From positions 1 through 53,895 of the IMG/VR virus record IMGVR_UViG_3300020472_000035: a DNA stretch of 53,895 bases, one strand, 5' to 3'. The stretch is from a virus. Lineage: Duplodnaviria; Caudoviricetes. The notes under the pieces are model-generated. The model worked only from the letters and a program-made list of their open reading frames with translations. It was not told the origin of the DNA and did no database searches. The position numbers and the translations under genes were made by a program. Positions 10,925-22,300 of this stretch are shown here, piece by piece (position 1 is the first letter of the stretch; every line of letters starts with the position of its first letter).

Positions 10925-13900
10925 CTACTCCTTAGACTGGAGTTGTGCTTGATACTCAATTCTTTTAATTCTATAACTTGCACCAGTGTTACCAGCAATA
11001 CGTTCACCACCAAGAATCGCTTGTGCAACTGCACCAGATCCAGTGGTATCACTTGGATTATTGTTGAATGTCACTGTTGGGTGTATGTTATAACTCTCGT
11101 CAACTGACTGAACTATGCCATATCCACCATTTGTGATAGTTAAAGAAGCGACCTGGTCACCAGCAGCAGTCATATTTACTGTAGCTGTTGACTGTATATC
11201 GCCAATATTTTCTACTGCAATCGTTGGTATAGCAGTATAGTTTGTTCCTGGATTTTGAACAATGTAATCAATAACTGTTCCCTTGTCTGAGAATTCATAG
11301 AAATAACCAGCAATACCAATATTGATATTACCAGTATTATATGGAACGATATTACCAACTTCTAAAAGTCCAGTATTAGCGTCCCATCCAAGAACCGTTC
11401 CTCTTACACCTGATACATCACCAGTAACCAAATCATTAACAACAAAGTTTTGACCGTTACCAACGTTCAAATCAACATAAATGCTCAACTTTGCTGAGTG
11501 ATCTATACCATCTGTTAATGTTCCTGCAACTTCAACTGTCGCATACTTATATGGAATAGAACCATCTTTTACTTGATCACCAATAGCAAATAGAGTTGTG
11601 TTCTGACCACCTTGAGTTTCCTCAATACCATATAAAGAAGTATGTATTCCACCATCTAGTGAGATTTGATTTTCAAAATCAGTACCAGTATTAGTTAAAT
11701 CTGGAATGCCATCACCAGCACCAGCATTTTCTGCAATGTCAACAAACTTAGTATCAAGAAGTGATCCTATAGGAACAGTTAAAGTTACAATGTTTTCATT
11801 TGCAGCAAATGTAGTTGAGTGAGGTTCAAATCCATTAGGTGCACTAGCAGAAACACCTGCATCAAATTGAACAATCGCATCTATTGTTGAAGGAATACCA
11901 CCATCAATAAATGCTAATTCATCAACTTCAAATGTTACTAGTAGTTCTCTAGTTGAAGGATTCCAGTCATATACTTTAGCGACCTTATTATTTGCGTTAT
12001 CTAATCTACGAATTACTCTGTCACCAACACTAAAGTTATATGTTGATATATCTTGCTGGTTATTCTGAGATGCATCTAATATAACTCTCTGGTCATAGTT
12101 GAAATTAACACCTCTAGTTAAACCAGAGAACTTACCTTCTGCCTTAGCAGTATATGTAATAGTCTCTGTGTTAACAATAAGAGATCCAGATCCAGGGAAA
12201 CCTGTAGTAGTATCAGTAAAGATTTCTGTATCAGCAGCCGCTAAGTCTTTAACAAGACCAGTTAAGTAAATTGCTTGAGAGTTGTAAGACTGTCTTGCTC
12301 TAGTCTTACGTTTTAAGTTAATTAACTTTGTAAAGATTATGTTTGGTGGATTAATATAACCAGAACCAGGATCAGTAACATCAATCCCAACTATTACACC
12401 TTGATCAATTCTAGCAACCGCTTTAGCACCTAATCCACCACCACCTGTAATTAAAACATATGGAGGTTCTTGATAGAATTCACCTTCATCTACAATATTA
12501 ATTGAAGTAACCTTACCAAAGGTATCAATCTCAGCAGCACCTTCAGCACCTACACCACCGCCGCCACCTTCAAAGATAAGTGTTGGAGGTGTAGCATATT
12601 CTTTACCAGAACTTAATAATGATAAACCAGTAATAGTTTGTACAATAGGACTTGCTAATGCACCACTTCCTTGTCCACCTAATATTTTTGCTTGAGCAGG
12701 ACCAAAATAGTTATCACCAAATTTGGTCATCTTAACATAAGAAAGAGTTCCATCTGATTTAAGAACAACATCTCCTGCTGCACCTGATGGGAATGATTCT
12801 ACTTGTGTAGGAACCAAATCTCCTTCCTCTAAAGCTACTCCATAGAACTGTTTACCTATAGCATAAGGATAAACTGGATCACCATTAGAATCCTCAATCA
12901 TATAATAAGCATATGTTCCGTTCGGATATTCTGGAGTAGGACCAAACTTACCATTTGATGCATCAAGACTTCCTTGACCAGATTCCCAAATATAATCTTC
13001 AACTAAATCTCCGAGCACATAACCATCTTGAACTGTTCTAATACCTATATCTGGTACTGAATATCCAAAAACATACAAAGCATTAGGTGCATCAACTGGA
13101 ACATGGAAACGAACTTCTCTAGTTGTAGCAGTATTAAATGCACTAATCCAAGTAGTATAGGTAGTTTCAGCACCATCAATCCAGTAAGTTATATGAGTGC
13201 CTGGTAAAAGATATGATGTATCTCCAATAATAGGTGGTGCACCTACATGCCAACCATTTTCATTAGTACTGATGAAAATATGATTACTATCATTACTTGC
13301 ATCATCTTGATTAAAGATATATGTCTTACCTCTTTCAAGAGATAAGAAAGGAGGTCTAGAACCATCAAAAAGGAATTGATTATTAGATAATGTTACTGTA
13401 TATGTAACTGTAGAAATAGTATTAACTTGAGGACGGTTACCTGCTAGTTCACCAGTAGTTCTTAATCTATATCCACTAGTTTCTCTTACAGTTGCACCAG
13501 AGGCATTGTATCCCCAAGGTCCATAAATTGGATATCCATCATAGGACATACCCAAAACCTTAGAGTGACCATCTACATGTCTAGAATAATCAATAGTATT
13601 TGGATCATTTGCATTTGCCTGATAGTAATCAGTAAAATAATATGTGTTAACTGTTGGGTCTGGATCTATAGTAGAGTCAAGGATTAAATATCCCTCATCG
13701 CCCAGAAAACCAGACATATAACGATGATTCTTGCAGTGATAATATATCTTATTAGTCTCATCTGCATTCATCAAGAATAATGCTTGATACTCATTCTCAT
13801 AATCTGTAGCAGGTGCTTGTGTCACACCAGTACTATTATAATAAAGAGTTCCAGGTGTTGAGTTTAAAGTCCCATCAGGAGTGGTGCTAAACTGCATGGG

Positions 13901-15118
13901 ATGCTGCATTGGTGTCTTATTAGACTCATCACTTTGATCCCAAATAATTAAATAATTTCTTTGAACCTTAATATCTTCTGGAGCAAAGTAATATGTTCCT
14001 GGAGAAAATGGTCCAAATTCTTGAGCATCGGTTCCAAAATCAATATAGAAAATACCATTTGGGAATAGAGTTGGAATACCTTGAACTCTAAACTGGAATC
14101 CATTAGCACCTAAACATACATCATTCTCTCCGAAACCAACACCAGTAAGACTTCTCAAATAAATCTTAGTTACATTTCCTTGATTATCCTTAACAATCTT
14201 TGCTACTTCACCTTTAGCAGTACTACTGATACAGTCAACAACCCTACCTACTTGAACTTCACCTATAGTCTCATCTAAGTTAGAAACTTCTAATAATACG
14301 TTATCAATTTCAGTTTTAATCTTCCAAGTAAATTGTCTTATTCTACCCCAATCAAAAACTCCATTAGCTAAAGCAAATTCATTTTTTAATTTATTTGTTT
14401 GATAATAATATGTGTTACCATCAATTACTGCATCATATACATTATTAGTTTTAATATAAGGGTATTTTATTGCATCAATAGCAAACCCTGGAGGAGGATT
14501 ACCATCTTGTCCCCATTCTGGTGTATGTAATAATACACCATTTGCCATGATACCGATGCTTTTATCGTTCTCAAATTCCCTTATACCTGGGTTAGGAACG
14601 TCTTTACCACCTCTGTATATAAATGTTTGATCAAATGATCTATCTACAAGATCTCCAGACCCTCCTGGCTGTCTCTCATTTGAAAATATTTGAGATGGTT
14701 TAGGATGATTATCCGATACTATTTGTAGTCTATCAGTCTTTTGTGGTGGAGTCTCACTATCCATAGTGTGAGTTCCACTCAGAGGAGAATTTGGATGACT
14801 TTGCCAAATCCTATTAATATCAAATGACGTTACAACATTGGGAGTTTCTTGTTCAGGAACAATAGTTAAACGTAAAGGATCGTATCCTCTTCCTCTAGTA
14901 AGAACACGAACGTGTATGATCTTTCCTGAATCAGGATCAATAATTGGATATAATAACGCTTCTACGTCTGGAGTTCCACACCCAGTTATAGTAAGACGTG
15001 GTGGATCTGATTGAGAGTATCCAGTACCACCCTCTACAACTTCTACTGCACGAACTCCAAAAATCTCATCGAAAATTGGTTCAATGACAGCACCAGAACC
15101 AGGAACTTGTCTTGCCAT
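10925..15118 (-). CDS. Structural protein with a split YHYH-like domain, cupredoxin-like inserts and GSGY repeats
   Basis: 1397 aa. Contains HSKVLGMSYDGYPIYGPWGY and LDASNGKFGPTPEYPNGTYAYY (YHYH family), HPMQFS...YYHCKNHRYM, and GxGY..P.V.I.GGGG repeats. Confidence 0.8.
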   Translation of the reverse strand: MARQVPGSGAVIEPIFDEIFGVRAVEVVEGGTGYSQSDPPRLTITGCGTPDVEALLYPIIDPDSGKIIHVRVLTRGRGYDPLRLTIVPEQETPNVVTSFDINRIWQSHPNSPLSGTHTMDSETPPQKTDRLQIVSDNHPKPSQIFSNERQPGGSGDLVDRSFDQTFIYRGGKDVPNPGIREFENDKSIGIMANGVLLHTPEWGQDGNPPPGFAIDAIKYPYIKTNNVYDAVIDGNTYYYQTNKLKNEFALANGVFDWGRIRQFTWKIKTEIDNVLLEVSNLDETIGEVQVGRVVDCISSTAKGEVAKIVKDNQGNVTKIYLRSLTGVGFGENDVCLGANGFQFRVQGIPTLFPNGIFYIDFGTDAQEFGPFSPGTYYFAPEDIKVQRNYLIIWDQSDESNKTPMQHPMQFSTTPDGTLNSTPGTLYYNSTGVTQAPATDYENEYQALFLMNADETNKIYYHCKNHRYMSGFLGDEGYLILDSTIDPDPTVNTYYFTDYYQANANDPNTIDYSRHVDGHSKVLGMSYDGYPIYGPWGYNASGATVRETSGYRLRTTGELAGNRPQVNTISTVTYTVTLSNNQFLFDGSRPPFLSLERGKTYIFNQDDASNDSNHIFISTNENGWHVGAPPIIGDTSYLLPGTHITYWIDGAETTYTTWISAFNTATTREVRFHVPVDAPNALYVFGYSVPDIGIRTVQDGYVLGDLVEDYIWESGQGSLDASNGKFGPTPEYPNGTYAYYMIEDSNGDPVYPYAIGKQFYGVALEEGDLVPTQVESFPSGAAGDVVLKSDGTLSYVKMTKFGDNYFGPAQAKILGGQGSGALASPIVQTITGLSLLSSGKEYATPPTLIFEGGGGGVGAEGAAEIDTFGKVTSINIVDEGEFYQEPPYVLITGGGGLGAKAVARIDQGVIVGIDVTDPGSGYINPPNIIFTKLINLKRKTRARQSYNSQAIYLTGLVKDLAAADTEIFTDTTTGFPGSGSLIVNTETITYTAKAEGKFSGLTRGVNFNYDQRVILDASQNNQQDISTYNFSVGDRVIRRLDNANNKVAKVYDWNPSTRELLVTFEVDELAFIDGGIPSTIDAIVQFDAGVSASAPNGFEPHSTTFAANENIVTLTVPIGSLLDTKFVDIAENAGAGDGIPDLTNTGTDFENQISLDGGIHTSLYGIEETQGGQNTTLFAIGDQVKDGSIPYKYATVEVAGTLTDGIDHSAKLSIYVDLNVGNGQNFVVNDLVTGDVSGVRGTVLGWDANTGLLEVGNIVPYNTGNINIGIAGYFYEFSDKGTVIDYIVQNPGTNYTAIPTIAVENIGDIQSTATVNMTAAGDQVASLTITNGGYGIVQSVDESYNIHPTVTFNNNPSDTTGSGAVAQAILGGERIAGNTGASYRIKRIEYQAQLQSKE

Positions 15119-15123
15119 CTATA

Positions 15124-16350
15124 TTATGTTGCTACGTTAATAGTGCCGTTCATAGCGGCATGAAGTGTGCATTGATAATAAAGTGTCGCAGGTGAATCTA
15201 AAGGAACAGTCCAATATAAAATATTAGATCCACTACCACTTTGACCAGCAGTATATGGTGTTCCAGTTAATCCTTGAGTGCTCTGAAGCCTAAATGGATG
15301 AGCACCACCCTGAACTGAATTGTCAAAGATATAAGTAAATCCTCTATAAACATAAAGGTTAGGATCATTTACCGCACCAGTAAATCCAGGACCAGAGAAT
15401 GTATAATCAGATGAACCACTAGCGTTTAAGTTCCACCAAATAACAGGACTTCTAGAAACAACCCAATCAGTATTATTCCAATAGATTGAGTCACCTTTAA
15501 CAATTCCACTAAGATCACTATCAGTTAATCCAGCGAATGTTGTTATAGGAGTTCCAGTATAGTTAATTGTTACAGTATCACCAGAGATACTAGTTGAAAT
15601 ATCACTTCCACCAGCAAGTGTTAGTGTATCATTTTCAGCATCAGCAGTAGTAGTTCCAGTATCAGCAACAACGGATTCAAATAAATTTTGTGATCCAGCA
15701 CCAGCAAGATCATCAGCAGGTGCCCATTTACTTCCACTAGTACTCCACTTTAAAAGTTGTCCATCAGTAGGAGCAGCAGTCGTAGTATCAACATCTCCTA
15801 CAAGACCAAGACTAGAATATTCTGTTAAAACTTTTGCTTGTACATCACCTACACCACCAGCAGTGATGTTCATATTTACATACGGATTATCATCACCATC
15901 AACTGTAAAGAAATATCCTGCATATGATGCAGCAGCAGGAGCCGAACCTATATTAGCATACTCATTCTTATATTTTACCTTTGTTGGCATATCAATAATG
16001 CCATCAGTACCATTAAATGTGCTGGTAACACTACCATTTGATATGGTTACATTTCCAGTTCCATTAGGAGCAACAACAATATTACCGTTTGAAGCAGAAA
16101 TTATAGAATTACCATTTACATCAAGCGCAGAAGTTAACTGTGTATAGTCTGAAGGTAGAAAAGTTGTGCCATTATAACGCAAGACATGTCCAACAGCAGG
16201 GTTTGCAAGAGTAACCGTTAAATTACTTCCATTACCTAAAGCAGTATATACTTCGCTGAAATTGTCGTTAATCTTATCACCACCTGCACGAAGGGTATCA
16301 CCCGTATTATCGTTTGCAGCAGATCCAAGACCTAATGTTTGTTTAGCCAT
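15124..16350 (-). CDS. gp9/gp10-like baseplate connector/fibre protein with a C-terminal cupredoxin-like domain
   Basis: 408 aa. The N-terminus MAKQTLGLGSAANDNTGDTLRAGGDKINDNFSEVY matches the T4 gp9/gp10 N-terminal motif; the C-terminus has HPFRLQ...LYYQCTLHAAMNGTINV. Confidence 0.75.
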   Translation of the reverse strand: MAKQTLGLGSAANDNTGDTLRAGGDKINDNFSEVYTALGNGSNLTVTLANPAVGHVLRYNGTTFLPSDYTQLTSALDVNGNSIISASNGNIVVAPNGTGNVTISNGSVTSTFNGTDGIIDMPTKVKYKNEYANIGSAPAAASYAGYFFTVDGDDNPYVNMNITAGGVGDVQAKVLTEYSSLGLVGDVDTTTAAPTDGQLLKWSTSGSKWAPADDLAGAGSQNLFESVVADTGTTTADAENDTLTLAGGSDISTSISGDTVTINYTGTPITTFAGLTDSDLSGIVKGDSIYWNNTDWVVSRSPVIWWNLNASGSSDYTFSGPGFTGAVNDPNLYVYRGFTYIFDNSVQGGAHPFRLQSTQGLTGTPYTAGQSGSGSNILYWTVPLDSPATLYYQCTLHAAMNGTINVAT

Positions 16351-16369
16351 TACTCGCTACTTTTTTAGT

Positions 16370-16377
16370 TATTTATG
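16370..16377 (-). promoter_or_regulatory. T4-type late promoter CATAAATA overlapping the gp7 stop codon
   Basis: Minus strand CCATAAATAAC, whose TAA is the gp7 stop; 20 nt upstream of the next ATG. Confidence 0.75.
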
Positions 16378-19300
16378 GTGTTTCGGGGTCAACTGGTTCC
16401 TCTCCGTATAGACTTAAGTCAGGAGCAGTCCAGTCATCTGGTACGCTAGTCTCAACTGAGACTATAGGATTCTCATATCCACTACCTGCATTACTAATTT
16501 CAACACCAGCAACACCAACCAGTGCGCGAATGTTACCATCAAATCCAGATATAGAGTCAACTCTTACTGTTGGTCTAGTTGTATAACCAGATCCACCAGA
16601 GGTCACCTGAACCTTCTCAATGGTTCCAGATGTTAGTTGAGCAGAACCTTTAGCATCTTGTCCGAATACAGATCCAAGATAGTCAAAGGTAATCAAAGAG
16701 TTAGAAGATTCAATAACAGCAACTTCACGATCTTCAGTCTCTCCTTGGATGTCAATAAAGTCACCAACTTCAATTGGTGGTACAACTTCTGCAGCGTCAA
16801 CGTCTGCCTCAGAACCAACGTAGGAGAATGCAACGAATGTTGATCCAACACGAGGAATCTCAGAGAAGATTATTCTAGAACCAACCAATTCAAAACCAAC
16901 GCCTGGTTCCTGAATAACACCATTCAGTGAGCATATGATATTATTTTCTGGAAGGATTGTAGAAGATTGAACACCATCAGTCAGTGTCAATGAATAGAAC
17001 ACGTCATCACGTCTCAAGTTGAATGACTGACGTAAGGAGTCGAACTCGAAGGATATATCATCCAACTGTCTCAACTTACCTACGTAGAATCCTGTGAACG
17101 ATGCACCTAGATCTGGTGCTTCAGTGAACTGAATATTATCTGAGAACGCTGTATATGCGTTTGCAGATCCAGGAGGTTGTAGAACACCATTAATAAAGAG
17201 AAGCATGTGTCCTGCTGGATCTGGGAAGTACTTCGTGCCATTCTCAATGGTTAACTTGAAGGTAGTTTGAGAACCATCAAATCCTCTGAATGCACGTTCA
17301 ACACGTCCTTTAAGATCAACCTTAGAAAGAATTGAACCCTTGTAATTATCCTTACTCATAATGCCATCTCTACCACTGAATGTTCCACGAACATCACTTA
17401 GATAGAAACGCTTATGTAAACCTGCAGTCTGTATAGCTTGAACCAAACCAGTTGCAGCACCAGTGACAACGACTCTAGTAACTACGTTTGCGTGACCTTG
17501 TGGATTTACAGGGTCAACTCCAGTTGCAAAGTCACCAACTTGATCACCATTCTGAATATCTCCTTTAACTATATCAATGTAAACCAAGTTATTATCAATA
17601 TCAACTTCAGTAATATTACCGTAGTTATTGATATCCATGATACCGTTAGTAATCTTATTAAGTTTATTACCAACTACAAATACATTCTTGTTGTCAATGA
17701 TTGAAATACCAAGTCGATAATGACCAGTAGAGGAAATTCTATGACCAATATTAAGATCTAATCCATCATACTTAAGAACATCAATATACAATTTCGATGT
17801 TGCTGGATAAATTGTTGCTGTAGTTTCAAATGTGCCCGTTAAGGTTTCAGTATCAACAGTTAGTTTACCACCACTATTATCTGTAACAGCAGCTTCTGCT
17901 TTTAAGAATCCTGTTGGAACTGCAGTTGCTCCAGAATCATATCCCTTGAATGGAATATTATCAGCAAATTCACCAACAAGATCAGTAATCTGAATTCTAT
18001 CCTCAATAGCATTGATCTGTGCTGTTGTAGTATTTGTTGCACCAACAACGTAATCCAATACAGCAAAGGTTCCACCAGTAACTGCAACATCAAGATACTT
18101 GAAGTTTTCATCTTCAAAGAATCCATAAATGCGACCAGTAACAGTTGCGTCACCTTGTTTCTGACAAGTCTCATTCATGATAAATGGACCATCAATGATA
18201 TCAGCATCAATACGGAAGCGTTGATGCACTTCAACAATTTCACCTTCATTCATACCAATGGATTCTAGTTCACCATAAGCACCGCTTGACATACCGTATA
18301 GGTAATCAGATGCGTTAAGTCCACCTGCTATTCCAACTGGAACATCTCTAGTACCATAAGTCTTAGTTGCTAACTTAATACCATGTTGAACAATAATATC
18401 AGTATAGTAAGTGCTATTTAATAATTGGTTTCTTATAATATCAAGACTATACCTTGTTAATCTAGCAATAGAGAATGGATCATAATTATTACTTGCAGAT
18501 TCACTAAAGTATGGAACGAACCCAGATTGAGCAGATGGATTTAATAATCCACCATGTAAAGCCTGATCTATCCATATTTCTAATTGATTGATAGTATAAG
18601 TCTTAATGTTATATGCTGTATCAGCATAGAATATCTCACCAGAACCAGAAGCATAAGGATCAATTACATTCTTAGTAAGTTTTTGACCCCATCCATAAAT
18701 TCCTGATGTGCCATCACCAGTGTAATTAGTCTGTCCAGTAGCATTCTTAACTATTACCTGTTGACGAAGTTGTGAGAAACCAAAGGAACAAGTAATTGTA
18801 ATATATGCTCTATACCAACCAGAACCGTAAGGAATGATACCATGATCATTAACAGTAACACCACCTTGAGGTGTAAACAGACTACCTGTAGTTCCAGTGG
18901 TTAAATCGCAATCAAAGAATGCTTGCTGTTTAGTAGCAGTATCCTCATCAAGAGAAACCATTACACGAACATTAGAAAATTCAGCAGCTTTTAAGAATAT
19001 AGAATAAGTAAATTGCTGTGAAGGTACAGTTCCTACTTCACCTGTGTCAAACGTTTCATTCGTAGTATCAAACTTAACACTGCCAGAATCCCAAGTTTCA
19101 TAAGCATTCAGACTGTAATTTCTGAACATGTTATGCTCACCTGCGATTGCAGTAGTAACAATCTTATCAGCAGTTAAACTATTATCAGGACCAACAAGAG
19201 CATTACTTGTAATAGTTGCATTTGTAAGAGTGTTTCCACTAGTAAGATCTTCTGGATACTGATAACCAATATTATTACTAACGATTTGATCTTGAACAGT

Positions 19301-22300
19301 AGAGGTAATTAACCTTGCATTTCTGAGTATTTCAACGTTTGCTGGATGTGTATACCAATCAAATGGAGCACTTACTCCATTACTTGCAATAACTCCCGCA
19401 CCTGTAGTCTGACCTTGAACAGTATTTCCTATCGCAACAGGAAGATTATTCATATAAGGTCCAATATAAAGTCTGCTATCCTTAGCATCCCATTCAAGGA
19501 TCATAGCATAACCACCAGTAGTTGAGTCAGTAAGAATTTCACCAACAATGAAATTACCAGCTACACTAGCAAGTTGTAGAACACGTGCTTCATGCTTATG
19601 TTCTATGTCAGTTGTAATAGAGTCTTGAACCATGTTTCCAAGTAACTCATCAACAAAATCATTATAAATCCACTGACCATTACCAAATTGAGTATTAACA
19701 AGATTTGTTAACTCTTCCTTATAGTAATTTGCATTGAATAGGATATTCTTCATTCCAGATCTTGCATCATCTTTGCCTGGAGCAAAGAAGTCAATTACGA
19801 TATCTACAAGTTCATTCCAACGACCAACTACTTCATCAATATCTGTAGTAGATTCTGTATCTCTATATGCAGGAGATGAAGCACCTTGAGATTGATATCC
19901 ACCGAAAGGAATAGATTCACTACTATTATAAGCATTATTTCTAACTACTTCTGCACCAACTGTCTTCAATACGGTCATACCATAAACAGTTGCTATGACC
20001 TCATCCTCAACCTGAGTAAGAGTTCCATCAGCAGCAACGTAGTATTCAAGTGCCTTAATAGTGCTGTTATTACCACCAGTCTGTAAGTCAGAGATTATTG
20101 ATTTAACAATCAATTCTACATCTCTCTCACAAGTTAGTTGTCCACTAACACCACCTGGACTTGGGAATGTAAAGGCTTGATAGTTTGCAGAACCTGCTTG
20201 ATATGTAAATTCATTTACTATGCTAGAAGTAACATCTTGTGCAATATACTCTCTATTGAAATAGAGTCTATTACCAGCAATATGATAATCTAAACCAGTA
20301 GGTGCAATAATGTCATTAACACTGGTTATCAATGCTTCAATGTTAGTCTTAACATCTGCACAATCACCAATAACACTTATTGCGTTAGAAGCAGTACCAC
20401 CTGCCCATGCGTGAACATAGTCACCACCAGCAATGATACCCTCGATATCTGCAGAAGCAAACTGATGTAGATAATCTCCACCAGATATTACAGCACCAGC
20501 AAGAGAACTTACATAATTGTGTGTAGTAGTATCGCTAATGGCACCCTGTCCACCGTTTACATTAATTGTAATTGTTCCAGCAGCCTGATCAGCACTATCA
20601 ATATTGATTGCAGTGTCATATGCATAGTCTTCTCCAGTTCCAGTTGAAGCACCTGCTGAACGTGGATATGACTTCTGAGTTACGTTTCCATCACTGTTAA
20701 AGTCACAAGTAAAGGTTAATGAATTAGGAGCAAGTTTAATGCTAGTATTAGCAACTAATCCGTGGTTAACAGCAAGAGTTAATACCATTACACCCGTAGT
20801 TGGATTGTAAGTAGCATTAGAAACATTGTGTAAAACTTTTGGAGTAGTTCCTACAAGAACACTAATAGTCTCTGCAGTTGCTTCAGTAATCTCCATAGGA
20901 AGATTATAGAAAGGATCAGTTGTTCTTGGATAAGACTTCAGAGTCATATAGTCATCCATGAAGCATCTAAACTTCAATGAATTAGGATTAATCCTAATAG
21001 GATGACCAACCTTTAAGTTGTGGTTACCAATCCAAAGTTTTAAGTTACCTCCAGTTGGGTTATACTCAGCATTTGTCGCTGTATATTTAACTTCTGGAGT
21101 AGCACCAACGTTAACTGTAATAGTTGTTGTAGTAACAGCATCGATAGTAACTGGTTTCTGATAGAAAGGATCGGTTGCACGTGGGTATGTCTTATTAGTA
21201 GCACCAGCATTCATTTGACAATTAAATGTCAATGCATCATCTGCAATTTGAATACTATCACCAACACTAAATCCGTGACCAACAGTAATACAATTGGTTG
21301 CAGAAGCAGTCAATACAAAGTTATGAGTTGTAGTGTCTGTAACAGCACCCTGACCACCGTTAACATTAACGGTAATTGTTCCACCACCTTGGTTTACAGC
21401 AGTAATAGGTAGGAAGTTATCGTATGCATAATCAGCACCATTTGTGGTATTAGCACCAAATGATCTAGGATATGCCTTCTGAGTCTGGTTGCCATTACCG
21501 TTATAATCACAAGTAAAGACTAAAGATTCTGTTTTAATTCCAATTTGATCACCGATGACTAAAGTATGAGTTCCAATTGTAAGTGATAAATCACCTGAAG
21601 TTGGGTTATAGACTGCACCTGTGACACTAAATGTTCCTGTATTAACAGCAACAGTCAACGTCATATCTCCTGTAGAAGGAATATAAGATGCGTTATAAAC
21701 ATCGTACTGTGTAGTGCTATCATTATTTGTTACACCCCAGTCACCAACGATAAGATTTTCTGTATTATCTTGTGTTAGAGTTCCATCAACTGCTTGCTTT
21801 AAGTAGTAAATTAGACGCTCATGAACATAAACTGACTGTGGAAGTTGTAATCTAATATGTTGTATTTCATCATTCAATCCAAGATAGAATCCAGCAGCAG
21901 TAATGACATTCTTATTACCACCCTGTTCAATGTCAGTGGCAATACCATCAACAACTTGTCCTAGGTCAGTCTTACAACGTTCTGTTCCATCTGTAGAACC
22001 ACCATTTTGGTTTCTTGGCATATCCTGAGCCAAAGCAGGATACTTCTGTAGCATATCATATGCAGCTTTATCAACAATTGCTCCACGGTTCTGACGAATT
22101 AGTTCGGCAGCATCACGGAATCTGTAACGACTGAATATGTCTATTCTATCTGTATAAACTAGATCAGCACCAGGATTATCATAGGTGACCTTGAATGGAA
22201 CTTCCATATAGGAGTGGATTGTTCCACCAACATATTCATGAACAGGACCAAGATCAGTAACAGTTGCTAGATGGTCAACAGGAGTTGTTAAAGCAGCATT

